DNA of 64,000 nucleotides from Burkholderiales bacterium (GCA_028379895.1 JAOEKQ010000002.1:125104-189103), one strand, 5' to 3'; counted from the first letter of the stretch, positions 27,828 to 39,138 are shown. Translations and numbers: made by a program. Notes: generated from the sequence alone by a model not told the origin.

Positions 27828-29741
27828 GTGTATTTAAATAATTATATATTGCCTGTTCTGTCGTTACCGCGTTGGGCGAAACGTTCTGTAGTTCTGATGG
27901 TAGACACTGGACTCTGTATTTTGACTGTTTGGTTGGCTTTTTACCTGCGGTTGGGTGAGTTGGTTATGTTATCAGGTAACGCGTTAGCGGCAGCGTTGGT
28001 ATCAGTAAGTCTTGGCGTACCAATTTTTATTGTAAGTGGTCTTTACCGAGCAATTTTTCGCTATAGCGGTTGGCCGGCATTAACGGCGGTCGCTCGGGCT
28101 ATCGCTATTTACGGGGTTCTCTATGCCTCTTTGTTCACAGCGATTGGAATCCAAAACGTTCCGCGCACAGTGGGTATTATTCAGCCGATTCTACTTTTGC
28201 TATTCGTCGGTGCATCCCGAGCACTTGCGCGTATTTGGTTGGGAGATCATTACCAAGCTGCTCTGAAACAGGCCGGTCGGGAGAAGGTTCTTATATATGG
28301 TGCCGGCACATCAGGGCGTCAGTTAGTCGGCGCCGTAGCTAATAGTCCTGAAATGAAAGTAGTTGGTTTCTTGGACGATGATGACCGACTTACTGGACAT
28401 GTTCTAAACGGCCAACCAATATACAGTCCCAAAGATCTCGATAGTCTGGTGGCTACCTTGAATGTGAGTATTGTATTACTTGCTATGCCAAGGTTACCGC
28501 GCAAACGTCGAAATGCTATCTTGGCAAGTATCAGGCCTACGAGAATCGCGGTACGAACGCTGCCAAGTATGGCCGACATGGTCCACGGTAAGGTTAGTTA
28601 TGCAGATCTTAGAGATCTCGATATTGATGATTTGCTAGGTCGAGAAACAGTAACGCCGAACCATATTTTGTTGGCAAAATCGACGCGAAACAAAGTGGTT
28701 ATCGTCACAGGTGCAGGTGGGTCGATCGGCGGCGAGCTTTGTCGACAGATTCTTGTCCTCGGTCCGAGTAAGCTTTTAATGTTAGATCAGAGCGAATTTG
28801 CACTCTACGCTATTAGCCAGGAGCTTCTAAGTAATTTTCCCGACAAAGAGTTGACCCTAATTCCGCTTCTAGGTTCGATTAAGGATGATGACCGGATGCA
28901 AGAAATTATGACAACATGGCATCCAGATGCGGTCTATCATGCAGCGGCTTACAAGCATGTCCCGATGGTAGAGCACAATGTTGCAGAGGGGGTCATGAAT
29001 AATGTTTTTGGTACATTATGCGTCGCTAAGGCAGCATCGAAACATGGGGTATCTGATTTCGTATTGGTCAGTACTGACAAGGCGGTGCGCCCAACCAACA
29101 TTATGGGCGCCAGCAAGAGGTTGTCAGAAATAGTTCTTCAAGCCTTGGCTGATACCGATACGAAAACGAATTTCAGTATTGTCCGATTTGGAAATGTACT
29201 TAATTCTTCTGGTTCAGTTGTTCCTAAATTTCGACAACAGATTCGAGGCGGAGGTCCAATAACACTCACCCATCTCGATATAACGCGTTATTTTATGACT
29301 ATTGCAGAAGCCTCTCAGCTTGTGATTCAGGCAGGAGCAATGGCTAAGGGTGGCGATGTTTTTGTTTTAGATATGGGTGAACCAGTGAAGATTTATGATC
29401 TTGCCCAAAAGATGATCGAGCTGTCCGGCTTAACTTTGCAGAATGAGCAAAACCCTGATGGAGATATTGAAATTGAGGTAATTGGGTTGCGTCCAGGGGA
29501 AAAGCTTTATGAAGAGCTTCTCATTGGCGATAACCCTAAATTAACAACTCATCCAAGAGTCATGAGAGCCCAAGATGACTTTCTGCCTTGGGATCAACTT
29601 GAGGATGATCTAAAAAAGCTCGAAATGTTATTAAATGTTAACGATGTAGGCGCAATTCGAATCATGCTGGAGAGATTGGTCTCGGGTTATACGCCTAGCA
29701 CGAATATCGTTGACTGGATATACGCCGAAGAGAGGACGTAA
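27828..29741 (+). CDS. wbpM: UDP-GlcNAc 4,6-dehydratase, membrane-anchored (WbpM/PglF/CapD family)
   Basis: N-terminal TM helices, TGAGGSIG, HAAAYKHVP, STDKAVRP, MGASK, RFGNVL.SSGSV, GLRPGEKLYEEL. Confidence 0.92.
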   Translation: MYLNNYILPVLSLPRWAKRSVVLMVDTGLCILTVWLAFYLRLGELVMLSGNALAAALVSVSLGVPIFIVSGLYRAIFRYSGWPALTAVARAIAIYGVLYASLFTAIGIQNVPRTVGIIQPILLLLFVGASRALARIWLGDHYQAALKQAGREKVLIYGAGTSGRQLVGAVANSPEMKVVGFLDDDDRLTGHVLNGQPIYSPKDLDSLVATLNVSIVLLAMPRLPRKRRNAILASIRPTRIAVRTLPSMADMVHGKVSYADLRDLDIDDLLGRETVTPNHILLAKSTRNKVVIVTGAGGSIGGELCRQILVLGPSKLLMLDQSEFALYAISQELLSNFPDKELTLIPLLGSIKDDDRMQEIMTTWHPDAVYHAAAYKHVPMVEHNVAEGVMNNVFGTLCVAKAASKHGVSDFVLVSTDKAVRPTNIMGASKRLSEIVLQALADTDTKTNFSIVRFGNVLNSSGSVVPKFRQQIRGGGPITLTHLDITRYFMTIAEASQLVIQAGAMAKGGDVFVLDMGEPVKIYDLAQKMIELSGLTLQNEQNPDGDIEIEVIGLRPGEKLYEELLIGDNPKLTTHPRVMRAQDDFLPWDQLEDDLKKLEMLLNVNDVGAIRIMLERLVSGYTPSTNIVDWIYAEERT

Positions 29742-29869
29742 TCCCTGCGCGGAGCTGGTAGGTGAAGATGCAACGAAAGAGACATGTTAAGATTCCATTT
29801 GTCGTTTTAAAGAATCGAAAAGTGCATCCAGGTGATGCTGGTGATCGTCAATAAAGGGGGGAACCTAAT

Positions 29870-30364
29870 TTGTCTTGGATTATTATTTATACAAAACCTC
29901 GCCAGGAAGTCAGGGCAAAAGAACACCTTGAGAACTTGGGCTTGGACGTCGCACTCCCATTGAGGCCGATAGAAAAAATAAAAGACGGAGCGATTTCCAT
30001 AACGTCTGAGCCACTTTTTCCAAGGTACATATTCATCCGTAATGATTTGAGCGTCATGCAAAAAGTAAGCCATATGCTTCGAAACGTCAGAGGTGTATCG
30101 CAGATAGTAAAGTTTGGAGGCAAGTTCGCGGAGCTTGATGGAATAACATTCGCACAGATCGGTGACCACGCAACCGCATTATCTTCTCATCCGGCTAAAC
30201 TTTACAAGTCGGGCGACAATGTCGTTTTTACCTACGGCGCTTTTAGAGAAATCCAGGCTATATATGAGGAGGCGGATGGAGATAAGCGGGTTGTATTACT
30301 GTTTGATCTTCTTAGCAAGCCGGTCAGGCTTTCTGTGCCCGTTCGTTCTCTTAAGCGTGGTTAG
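29870..30364 (+). CDS. rfaH: NusG-paralogue transcription antiterminator
   Basis: W...YTKPRQE.RA, EPLFPRYIF, GVSQIVKFG and a C-terminal KOW domain. TTG start. Confidence 0.85.
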   Translation: MSWIIIYTKPRQEVRAKEHLENLGLDVALPLRPIEKIKDGAISITSEPLFPRYIFIRNDLSVMQKVSHMLRNVRGVSQIVKFGGKFAELDGITFAQIGDHATALSSHPAKLYKSGDNVVFTYGAFREIQAIYEEADGDKRVVLLFDLLSKPVRLSVPVRSLKRG

Positions 30365-30552
30365 CGAGAGCCATTATTTTTGTTTTAGTTTTTTCTATTT
30401 TCGGTTTGAATAGTTCAGTAACTGCAACTATAGATCCTTGGATGGCCAATTAGAGAATGATGAACTAATTAGTCAACCTTAGATAGACCTATTATTTTTG
30501 AAGCTACACATGAATCTTGTGTGTCCATAATAATTAGAAGTATTTATCTCAA

Positions 30553-31818
30553 TTGACAATCCAAGAAAATAAATATTACTCGGTTGGCTTAAACCATGAT
30601 ACATGTCCCCTAGACCTGCGTGCCGCGCTAGCTATAGGCGATCACGAGATAGACTCGGCTTTAAAAAACTTACTAAGGTCAGATTCGATTAGTGAGTCGG
30701 TGATTCTGTCAACCTGCAATCGAACAGAGATATACAGTTATGCCTCAGATCCCGAAGAAATCGTCTCATGGTATGCGCGGTTCCGTGGTTTTAGTAAGCA
30801 GGAGTTTTCTTCAGTTCTTTATCAAAATTCCGGAGAACTTGTTGCTCGACATGCTTTTCGTGTTGCCTCAGGTCTTGATTCCATGGTGCTCGGTGAGACA
30901 CAAATTTTCGGTCAATTAAAAAATGCAGTCCGCATGGCAGATTCGATAGGCGCCCTTGGGCCCAGGCTTCGGCAGTTATTCGACGCTAGTTTTTCAGTGG
31001 CAAAATTTGTAAGGACGGAGACAGATGTTGGGGCTCATTCGGTATCACTTGCTGCCGCCTCCGCGAAAGTTGGTGAACGTATTTTTGGCTCGCTCTCGAA
31101 CTCAAAGGTTCTGTTTGTTGGCACCGGGGAGATGAATCGTATGTGTGCTGAATACTTTGTATCTTATGGTGTTCAGAATGTATCATTTTCAAATCGAACC
31201 TTGAGTCATGCCAAAGATCTAGCGAAAACATTGAGCGGAGACTGTTTTCCTCTGAGCGACGTTGCTCATAAGTTGAACGAATTCGATATCGTTGTTAGTT
31301 GCACAGGTAGTCCGATACCTATTCTTGGCAAAAGAGCAATAGAAAAGTCGATTGAGATCAGACGACACAAACCAATTCTTTTGATTGATCTTGCGGTACC
31401 TCGTGATATCGAGCTTGAGGCTTCTGAATTAGAGGATGTCTTTCTCTACACTGTCGATGACCTTGGGGAGATCGTTAACGATGGTATGCGGAATCGAGAA
31501 GATGCAGCGCGTGAAGCTGAAAAAATAATTACAGAAAGGTTAGTTCAATTTAAATCACAGCTTGATCGGGAAAAAATAGTCCCTGTTATTAAGAAGTTTA
31601 GAAAGTATGGCGAATTAATTGTCGAAATTGAGTTGGAAAAAGCACTTTCCTTAATTGCTAAAGGGGAAAGTCCCGAGAACGTGGTTAAAGCTTTGTCGAG
31701 GGCTATTTCAAACAAATTTATGGATGAGCCTAGTCGCGCATTGAATAATGATTCAACAGGTGAAAAATTAAGCCTTCCAGAGGCTTTGGAAAGGCTTCAC
31801 GGGTTAAATAAAAATTAA
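30553..31818 (+). CDS. hemA: Glutamyl-tRNA reductase
   Basis: LSTCNRTE, GLDSMVLGETQI, DLAVPRDI. Confidence 0.95.
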   Translation: MTIQENKYYSVGLNHDTCPLDLRAALAIGDHEIDSALKNLLRSDSISESVILSTCNRTEIYSYASDPEEIVSWYARFRGFSKQEFSSVLYQNSGELVARHAFRVASGLDSMVLGETQIFGQLKNAVRMADSIGALGPRLRQLFDASFSVAKFVRTETDVGAHSVSLAAASAKVGERIFGSLSNSKVLFVGTGEMNRMCAEYFVSYGVQNVSFSNRTLSHAKDLAKTLSGDCFPLSDVAHKLNEFDIVVSCTGSPIPILGKRAIEKSIEIRRHKPILLIDLAVPRDIELEASELEDVFLYTVDDLGEIVNDGMRNREDAAREAEKIITERLVQFKSQLDREKIVPVIKKFRKYGELIVEIELEKALSLIAKGESPENVVKALSRAISNKFMDEPSRALNNDSTGEKLSLPEALERLHGLNKN

Positions 31819-31821
31819 AGA

Positions 31822-32898
31822 ATGAAGCAATCATTATTAGATAAGTTAGAGAGGTTATATTTAAGACATGAGGAGCTCAATGCATTAATGAGCTCAGAGA
31901 ACGCTACGCTTGATATGGAGAAGTTTACGGGATGGACTCGGGAGCACGCCGAACTTGAGCGTATTGTCGTGAGTTATAAGGAGTATTTGCTAATCGATAC
32001 ATCAATCTTGGAAGCCAAAGACTTACTAAATGACCCTGACATGCGGGAAATGGCTGAAGCAGAAATTCTCGAAGGCGAAGAGAGACAGCGTTGTCTTGAA
32101 GGTATTTTGCAAAAAGCCTTATTACCCAAAGATCCTAATGATGGTCGAAACGTCTTTTTAGAAATAAGAGCAGGAACTGGGGGTGATGAGTCGGCGCTTT
32201 TTGCTGGTGATTTGCTGAGGATGTATTTGAAATACGCTGAGAAACGCCATTGGACAACGGAAATTATTTCACAGAATGAATCAGATTTAGGTGGATACAA
32301 AGAAGTTGTGGTGAAAATAAGTGGTGAAAAGGTCTATGCCCAATTAAAGTTTGAGTCTGGAGGCCATCGAGTTCAGAGAGTGCCTGAGACGGAAACCCAA
32401 GGTAGGGTGCATACCAGCGCATGTACAGTCGCAGTTTTGCCTGAACCGAATCAGTTAAAAGACGTTGAAATTAATCCGAGTGAACTTCGGATTGATACAT
32501 ATCGAGCTTCTGGAGCCGGAGGCCAGCATATTAATAAAACAGATTCAGCTATACGAATCACTCATCTTCCTACCGGTCTGGTTGTGGAATGTCAGGAGGG
32601 CCGTTCACAACACAAAAATAAGGCTCAAGCATTATCGGTATTAGCCGCTAAACTGAATGCACAGCAGGCGCAAGAGCACCAAGCACGAGAAGCCGCCACA
32701 CGAAAAACGCTTATAGGAAGCGGGGATAGATCAGAGCGAATTCGGACTTATAATTTCCCTCAGGGTCGATTGACTGAACATAGGATTAATTTGACGTTGT
32801 ACAAATTATCTCAGGCTATGGAGGGCGATTTAGATGAAGTTGTTGATAATCTCCTATCCGAGCATCAAGCCGAGCTATTAGCGATGGCGTCAGAGTAA
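31822..32898 (+). CDS. prfA: Peptide chain release factor 1
   Basis: GGDES, RVPETE (PxT), GAGGQH; hemA-prfA-prmC order. Confidence 0.97.
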   Translation: MKQSLLDKLERLYLRHEELNALMSSENATLDMEKFTGWTREHAELERIVVSYKEYLLIDTSILEAKDLLNDPDMREMAEAEILEGEERQRCLEGILQKALLPKDPNDGRNVFLEIRAGTGGDESALFAGDLLRMYLKYAEKRHWTTEIISQNESDLGGYKEVVVKISGEKVYAQLKFESGGHRVQRVPETETQGRVHTSACTVAVLPEPNQLKDVEINPSELRIDTYRASGAGGQHINKTDSAIRITHLPTGLVVECQEGRSQHKNKAQALSVLAAKLNAQQAQEHQAREAATRKTLIGSGDRSERIRTYNFPQGRLTEHRINLTLYKLSQAMEGDLDEVVDNLLSEHQAELLAMASE

Positions 32899-32923
32899 TT
32901 AAACACTCAACCATCGAATCATC

Positions 32924-33778
32924 ATGAAAGTCGATCCACTGGAACTTGACATCAATAGTCTGACCCGAAAGTGTAGTATGTCCAGATCTGAAGCCATTAG
33001 CGAGATTAAAATTTTATTTGGTTTTGCGAATGATTTAGATCAGCTGGAGTTGATTAAAGAGCCGGGTGTCATGCGAGATCCTGTCAAATTAAAAAAATAT
33101 AAAAGGGTCTTTAATGATCGAATCACAGGAAAACCTGTTGCCTATATCCTGGGCTATAAAGAATTCTACGGGTTGCCCTTTGAGGTGAATGAGCGCGTAT
33201 TGATACCAAGGCCTGATACAGAACTGCTAGTAAACCTGGCAATTGAAAAAATTCAGCAATATAGTCTTAAGACGGTCCTAGAGCTTGGAACTGGATCGGG
33301 GGCGATTGCTGCTTCAATAGCGACACATCTACCCAACATAAAAATTACAGCCACAGATGTTTCCTCGGATGCCCTAGAGGTTGCGTTGGCGAATGCTATT
33401 ACTCTTGGCGTAAATCATTTAATCGATTTTAAATATAGTGATTGGTTTTCGGAAATTTCTGGGAAGTTCGACTTGATTGTGTCAAATCCGCCATATATCG
33501 CCGAAGATCATGCTTGTTTACAGCGTGATGGTGCGAAATACGAACCATCGATTGCGCTAACTTCTGGCTTATCAGGACTTGATGCCTTGACATTGATTGT
33601 GAGCCAATCAAGAAATTTTCTAAATAAAGATGGGTGGCTCCTTCTGGAGCACGGATATGATCAGCGTGACAGTTGTCGCCAGTTACTTAGTGCTGGGGGG
33701 TTTACGTCTTTATTCGATGAATCAGACTTAGGGGGCAACCCTCGGGTTAGCGGTGGTAGAATAGAAGATGAATCGTAG
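32924..33778 (+). CDS. prmC: Release factor glutamine methyltransferase
   Basis: LIPRPDTE, LGTGSG, SNPPY. Confidence 0.95.
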   Translation: MKVDPLELDINSLTRKCSMSRSEAISEIKILFGFANDLDQLELIKEPGVMRDPVKLKKYKRVFNDRITGKPVAYILGYKEFYGLPFEVNERVLIPRPDTELLVNLAIEKIQQYSLKTVLELGTGSGAIAASIATHLPNIKITATDVSSDALEVALANAITLGVNHLIDFKYSDWFSEISGKFDLIVSNPPYIAEDHACLQRDGAKYEPSIALTSGLSGLDALTLIVSQSRNFLNKDGWLLLEHGYDQRDSCRQLLSAGGFTSLFDESDLGGNPRVSGGRIEDES

Positions 33779-33842
33779 GTTGATTTAAATTTATGGCGTT
33801 AGAGTTAAAGTCAATTGGTTGATTGTAAAAAAGGAATCTAAT

Positions 33843-34151
33843 ATGGATACAAATGAGCTTATTAAGCAGCAAGTTACGGAAAACGCAGTTGTGTTGTATA
33901 TGAAGGGTTCTCCAGAAGCTCCTATGTGCGGTTTTTCCGCTGCTGCTGTTCAAATGTTAGAGGCGTGTGGCGTGGAGGACGTTGCGACTGTAAATGTCTT
34001 AGCTGATGAAGATGTTCGTAATGGTATTAAAGAGTATTCTAATTGGCCCACCATTCCCCAGTTATATATAAACGGTGAGTTCGTAGGCGGTTCAGACATC
34101 ATGCGGGAAATGTATCAGTCCGGAGAGCTTCAAAAGCTATTCGAAAAATAA
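33843..34151 (+). CDS. grxD: Monothiol glutaredoxin Grx4
   Basis: CGFS, WPTIPQL, GG.D. Confidence 0.95.
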   Translation: MDTNELIKQQVTENAVVLYMKGSPEAPMCGFSAAAVQMLEACGVEDVATVNVLADEDVRNGIKEYSNWPTIPQLYINGEFVGGSDIMREMYQSGELQKLFEK

Positions 34152-34166
34152 GTGAATATTAAGTCT

Positions 34167-34194
34167 AAAAAGCCAGCTGCAGCTGGCTTTTTTT
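34167..34194. terminator. Bidirectional rho-independent terminator
   Basis: AAAAAGCCAGCT-GC-AGCTGGCTTTTTTT inverted repeat between convergent grxD and dsbB. Confidence 0.8.
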
Positions 34195-34225
34195 ATGTTC
34201 CGATATCGGTTTCTAGAAAAGGCGC

Positions 34226-34711
34226 CTAATTTTTTCTTTTTAGATTCCAAAGCTCGACCAATAGAATGATTGTAAAACACACCAACGCCCACTCTGCGAT
34301 AGATAATCCTGCGAATCTCCATAAAACAATAGAGCAATCCCCAGTGCCTCTGAAAATCATGGGTAACGCTTGAGCTAAAGGAAAGGTGTCAACGACGAAC
34401 CCAAGATCAGCACCACAGTCGAATATTTCAGGTGGATTGTGCTCCAGCCAAACGTGCCGCATTGCTACGCCAGCGCCAAGTCCTGCAAAAAAGATGATTA
34501 ACCAATCGAGTGTTGAGCTGAATATATTTTTAGAAGGAATCGGTAGAGAGATGATCGCGAGGATCCCGATGACGATAAATGCGTATCTTTGAAGGATGCA
34601 CATAGGACAAGGAGCAAGTCCTTCGTTATGTTGAAGAAAAAGTGCAAACGCAATCAGTCCGGAACAGCCTAAAAACTCAGCACCCCGAATATTTTTTTTA
34701 GAAAATATCAT
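34226..34711 (-). CDS. dsbB: Disulfide bond formation protein B
   Basis: PCPMCILQR, a second Cys pair (DCG...GDC) and 4 TM helices. Confidence 0.92.
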   Translation of the reverse strand: MIFSKKNIRGAEFLGCSGLIAFALFLQHNEGLAPCPMCILQRYAFIVIGILAIISLPIPSKNIFSSTLDWLIIFFAGLGAGVAMRHVWLEHNPPEIFDCGADLGFVVDTFPLAQALPMIFRGTGDCSIVLWRFAGLSIAEWALVCFTIILLVELWNLKRKN

Positions 34712-36108
34712 GATTCAATCCACTTGCGCGCATTTGAAATGGCGGCTTTCACGGCTTTTGATCCGGTGCCACCAACATGATTACGGCTCTCCAGCGCCGT
34801 TTCAAGGGACAAAAGACCGATCAACTCTTCATCTATCAACGGACATATAAGCTGAAGTTCTGCAATCGATAAGCTGGAGATATCGCAATTTGCTTGAGTT
34901 GCCAAATTCACAGCTTTAGCCACTACCTCATGAGCTTCTCTAAAAGGAAGGCCCTTGCGCACAAGGTGATCCGCAAGGTCAGTTGCTGTTGCAAAGCCTT
35001 TCGCAGTCGCTGCGTACATCGAACTTTTGTTTACTGATATTCCGTTTAACATATCGGCAAACACTAACAATGTTTCGCGGATAGTTTGAGCAGTATCAAA
35101 TAAGGGTTCTTTATCCTCTTGGTTATCCTTATTGTAAGCTAGCGGCTGGCCTTTCATTAGGGTTAATAGCGCGACAACATGCCCGTTAACGCGTCCAGTT
35201 TTGCCCCTAACCAACTCCGGGACATCAGGGTTCTTTTTTTGGGGCATCATCGACGAGCCGGTACAGAATCGATCGGCTATTTCAATAAAGTTGAACTGAG
35301 GACTCATCCAAAGTATAAGTTCTTCTGAAAATCTCGATAAGTGAGTCATCAATAGAGCCGCCACCATACAATATTCTATTGCGAAATCACGGTCAGACAC
35401 GGCGTCTAAAGAGTTTTCGCAAACGCCATTAAAACCGAGTGCTTTTGAAACGTGCAATCGATCAATGTTGAACGTAGTCCCAGCGAGCGCTCCAGATCCC
35501 AGCGGGAGTTGATTTACTCGTTTGCGTAGATCCTGAAGTCGCCCCACATCTCGTTTGGTCATTTCGAAATAAGCCATTAAATGGTGTGCAAAAGAAATTG
35601 GCTGAGCCACTTGAAGGTGGGTAAGGCCAGGCATCACCGTATCAGTATGGGGTTCTGCGAGATTCAGTAGATTACTTTGGAATTGATGTATCAACTCAAC
35701 TGTTAAATCGATTTGATCTCTAACGTAGAGCCTTATGTCAGTAGCGACTTGATCGTTTCTCGAGCGAGCAGTATGGAGTTTTTTACCTGCATCTCCAACT
35801 AATTCTGTGAGTCGATATTCGATGTTAAGGTGAACGTCTTCGTAATCAAGTGACCACTTAAAGTCACCGGTTTGGATCTCAGACTTAATCTGTGTCAACC
35901 CTTGTTTGATCGCTAGAAGTTCCTTATGGCTGATTATGTGCTGCGTAGCCAGCATTTCAGCATGGGCGATGGAGCCCTTGATGTCATATTCAGCAAGCCG
36001 ATAGTCAAAACCAACGGAGGCGGTATATCTTTTAACGAGCTCGTCGACTGGTTCATTAAACCGCCCGGACCACGATTCTTGATTGCTGTTTTTGTGTTCT
36101 TTACCCAT
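34708..36108 (-). CDS. argH: Argininosuccinate lyase
   Basis: [27 protein letters not shown]. Confidence 0.97.
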   Translation of the reverse strand: MGKEHKNSNQESWSGRFNEPVDELVKRYTASVGFDYRLAEYDIKGSIAHAEMLATQHIISHKELLAIKQGLTQIKSEIQTGDFKWSLDYEDVHLNIEYRLTELVGDAGKKLHTARSRNDQVATDIRLYVRDQIDLTVELIHQFQSNLLNLAEPHTDTVMPGLTHLQVAQPISFAHHLMAYFEMTKRDVGRLQDLRKRVNQLPLGSGALAGTTFNIDRLHVSKALGFNGVCENSLDAVSDRDFAIEYCMVAALLMTHLSRFSEELILWMSPQFNFIEIADRFCTGSSMMPQKKNPDVPELVRGKTGRVNGHVVALLTLMKGQPLAYNKDNQEDKEPLFDTAQTIRETLLVFADMLNGISVNKSSMYAATAKGFATATDLADHLVRKGLPFREAHEVVAKAVNLATQANCDISSLSIAELQLICPLIDEELIGLLSLETALESRNHVGGTGSKAVKAAISNARKWIES

Positions 36109-36356
36109 AAATGAATATTTTTTCGATTCTTCGTATCATATAGTTTAGTAGTTTTCCCAGAAGACAAGCGCATCTCTAAATAAGCATATATTGAAAACAG
36201 ATATTTCGCACTTTCTAAGCGGGCAAGTACGCCTTGGTAAGGTATTATTATAGTTGCCTGGCGAAGATACAGTATAAGGCTTAACTCAATCGGGAATTGG
36301 CTAGATTACTGCCATTCAAAATTTTATGTTTGGTTGACGAACTGGAAGCAATTCAA

Positions 36357-37280
36357 ATGAATAAGGTGGTTATCGCGACTCGAGAGAGCGCATTAGCGCT
36401 CTGGCAGGCCAATAGAATTAAAGATTTGTTATTGAACGCTGATCCAAAGCTACAAGTCGCGATCCTCGGAATGACAACCGAGGGCGATCAAAAATTAGAA
36501 ACTTCTTTAGCTAAGATTGGCGGGAAGGGCTTATTTGTTAAAGAGTTAGAACAGGCGATGCTGGATGGGCGAGCCGATATTGCGGTTCACTCTATGAAAG
36601 ACGTACCCGTAAATTTACCAGGGGGTTTTTGTATATCGGCTATTTTGGACAGGGAAGATGTAAGAGATGCGTTTGTTTCTTCAAAGTACCAATGTTTGGC
36701 TGACGTCCCAAAGGGCGGAGTAATCGGGACGTCTAGTCTCAGGCGAGAGAGTCAAATAAGAAATCAATTTATCGGGTTGAATGTGCGGCCGCTGAGAGGC
36801 AATGTTCAAACGCGTTTGCGGAAACTAGATGAAGGTCAGTTTGATGGTATTCTTTTGGCCGCAGCTGGATTAGAGAGACTGGGATTGCAAGAACGAATTG
36901 TTGAATATCTCCCAGTTGATGTCAGTATTCCATCTGTAGGACAAGGAGCTTTGGGGGTTGAGTGTCTTGAGGCACGTCAGGAGGTCATTGATTTGTTTCG
37001 GCTACTGGATCACGATTCAACGAGAATATGCGTAGAAGGCGAACGTTTAGTATCCAGATTATTGGGGGGCTCATGTACATCGCCTATAGGGGCTTACGCC
37101 CGTTTCTCAAGCAGTCACCTTGAGATGAATGCCTTTGTTGCTGCGCCAGATGGTTCGGAGTGTCTCAGAGTAGCAGGCCGAGACGAAAAAAATATGGATG
37201 GCGCTATACGGCTGAGCCGAAAGCTCGTTGACGACTTGAATTCCTTGGGTGCACAACGGCTTCTTGATGGAATTGAATAG
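36357..37280 (+). CDS. hemC: Hydroxymethylbilane synthase
   Basis: IATRES.LALWQ, GKGLFVKE, HSMKD, GTSSLRR, GGSC. Confidence 0.96.
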   Translation: MNKVVIATRESALALWQANRIKDLLLNADPKLQVAILGMTTEGDQKLETSLAKIGGKGLFVKELEQAMLDGRADIAVHSMKDVPVNLPGGFCISAILDREDVRDAFVSSKYQCLADVPKGGVIGTSSLRRESQIRNQFIGLNVRPLRGNVQTRLRKLDEGQFDGILLAAAGLERLGLQERIVEYLPVDVSIPSVGQGALGVECLEARQEVIDLFRLLDHDSTRICVEGERLVSRLLGGSCTSPIGAYARFSSSHLEMNAFVAAPDGSECLRVAGRDEKNMDGAIRLSRKLVDDLNSLGAQRLLDGIE

Positions 37281-37289
37281 GCGTACATT

Positions 37290-38057
37290 GTGAAGTCCAA
37301 GTCGCTGGAGGGTAAAGGAATATTGATTACGCGGCCGCGGTTGCAAGCAGCTCACCTTGCGAGTGAAATAGAGAGTCGTTCAGGGCGAGTAATACTCTGT
37401 CCGGCCATCGATCTGATCGAATTACCCGATAAGGCAGTCAATTCGGTAACAACGTACGATGCCATTATTTTTGTAAGTCCAACGTCAGTTGAGATAGGAT
37501 GGAAAAAAGTTAAGCACTTGATAGAGGACTCACGAACTGTTTCGATAGCCGCGGCAGGTCCTGCTACTGCAAATAAAGTTCTGAAGGAAGGTTCTAACGT
37601 ACTCTTCCCTGATGGTCAGGGCGGAGCTCGAGCGCTTATTGAAGTGCTGCGTAGCCAGTTAGATCTGTCTACTTCTAATGTGTTGGTGGTTAATGGCGAA
37701 GGTGGCGACAGATCGTTAGAGAAACTATTACAGTATGAGGGCGCAAAAGTACAAACTTTTGCGTGTTATCGTCGATTGGATATTCGAGATTCCAGGCAGC
37801 TAGAAAATTCGAATCAATTAGCCAGCGGGCTTGATGCATGGATCATAACCAGCCGGCGATCAATAGGTAATATTTTGGCTCAATTTGAGGGGCAGGAGAT
37901 AAAATTGACCGCCATCCCACTGTTCGTGAATCATTCTGCAATTGCTGATGAAGCGTTCATCAGGGGTGTAAGAACTGTTTTTGTCTGTCAAGATGCCGGT
38001 AATGAAATGATTCGAAGTATTGAGGATTGGTTTGTGTCGTCGAAATTAGATTACTAA
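37290..38057 (+). CDS. hemD: Uroporphyrinogen-III synthase
   Basis: ILITRP, IFVSP, G.ATA, CYRR; follows hemC. Confidence 0.88.
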   Translation: MKSKSLEGKGILITRPRLQAAHLASEIESRSGRVILCPAIDLIELPDKAVNSVTTYDAIIFVSPTSVEIGWKKVKHLIEDSRTVSIAAAGPATANKVLKEGSNVLFPDGQGGARALIEVLRSQLDLSTSNVLVVNGEGGDRSLEKLLQYEGAKVQTFACYRRLDIRDSRQLENSNQLASGLDAWIITSRRSIGNILAQFEGQEIKLTAIPLFVNHSAIADEAFIRGVRTVFVCQDAGNEMIRSIEDWFVSSKLDY

Positions 38058-38070
38058 GAGGACTTTAATC

Positions 38071-39138
38071 TTGATAGATCAACAGAATTTGGAATCAAAA
38101 AGTACTAAGGATAATGATGGTGCGAATGAAGTAAACGCTTCTGCTGAAGATGCCTCAGAACCTAAGAAGTCGTGGCTCATTAGGTTTTCTACGACCCTAG
38201 CGGTGTGTAACTTGGCGTTAGTTATTCCATTTGCTGTCTGGTTTGCCCAGGTCATGATAAACGAAAATGGCCAGATTGAAACGAATAAGCGAGAATTAGA
38301 GAAATATACTGAAGAATTGCAAACAAAATTGAGTGCTAGTGCTCCTGATTTAAGTGAAGCACTAAACTCCCAGGAACGCGATCTCGAGCGTCTCACTGGT
38401 GTTGTTAAGCAGCTTCAAAATAAAAAGAGACCTGTTGAAATGAGTTCGAAGGCAAACCAGACTGCCGTTCTCTGGTACATGAGAGATTTACTCACGCAGA
38501 TAAACGGAGCTCCGCTAGACGCATCCACGAAGAACGAAAGTCTGGCTTATTTGCGTCAGCTCAGGAGTACGGCTACCTCTTTGGATCTGGGTTCGCAGAG
38601 TCAGGAAATTGTTGCCGCACTCGATCAGGATTTAATATCTTTAGAAAATACTAAAACGCTCAGTAGGGCATCGATAGAGACTTTGATAGAACGTCTAATG
38701 GATTTTTCGAGCCGTATGGAATTAACTGTTGCCGGATCTGCTGTTGACCCAAGCTCTGCGGTCGATAATGTGAGTTTAAATTCTGAATGGTCGTTATTGA
38801 CCAATTTATGGCAAGAAATGAAATCACTCATACAAGTTCGGCAAGTAGACGGTTCTAATGCAGCATTAGATACCAGATATTTTTTGCGAGAGACCCTGAG
38901 GTTAAAACTTTTGGAGACGGTGTATTTGGTTAGAGCTAATGATATATCGCGTGTTGCTATGCGACTCGATGAAATTCAACTGTATATCAGTACAAATTTT
39001 GACTCGGATGGTCCTGAGACTCGTGCAGCATTGGCCATGATGGGAGATCTGGAAAACATCACGGATGTTACCGTTTCAAATTTTTCTGCGACGCTCCTCT
39101 TAATCGAAGACTATTTTCTCAACACAAGTTCGGATTAA
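38071..39138 (+). CDS. hemX: HemX-like membrane-anchored coiled-coil protein
   Basis: One N-terminal TM helix, coiled coil, LIQVR...YFLRE.L.LKL...FD; position after hemD. Confidence 0.7.
   Translation: MIDQQNLESKSTKDNDGANEVNASAEDASEPKKSWLIRFSTTLAVCNLALVIPFAVWFAQVMINENGQIETNKRELEKYTEELQTKLSASAPDLSEALNSQERDLERLTGVVKQLQNKKRPVEMSSKANQTAVLWYMRDLLTQINGAPLDASTKNESLAYLRQLRSTATSLDLGSQSQEIVAALDQDLISLENTKTLSRASIETLIERLMDFSSRMELTVAGSAVDPSSAVDNVSLNSEWSLLTNLWQEMKSLIQVRQVDGSNAALDTRYFLRETLRLKLLETVYLVRANDISRVAMRLDEIQLYISTNFDSDGPETRAALAMMGDLENITDVTVSNFSATLLLIEDYFLNTSSD

Noticed and set aside
26-30453. 12-bp repeat ATGGCCAATTAG at about 26 and 30442, apparently flanking the island
   Set aside because: Exact 12-mers recur by chance in 64 kb. 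The first copy is coding, and there is no integrase or tRNA context.
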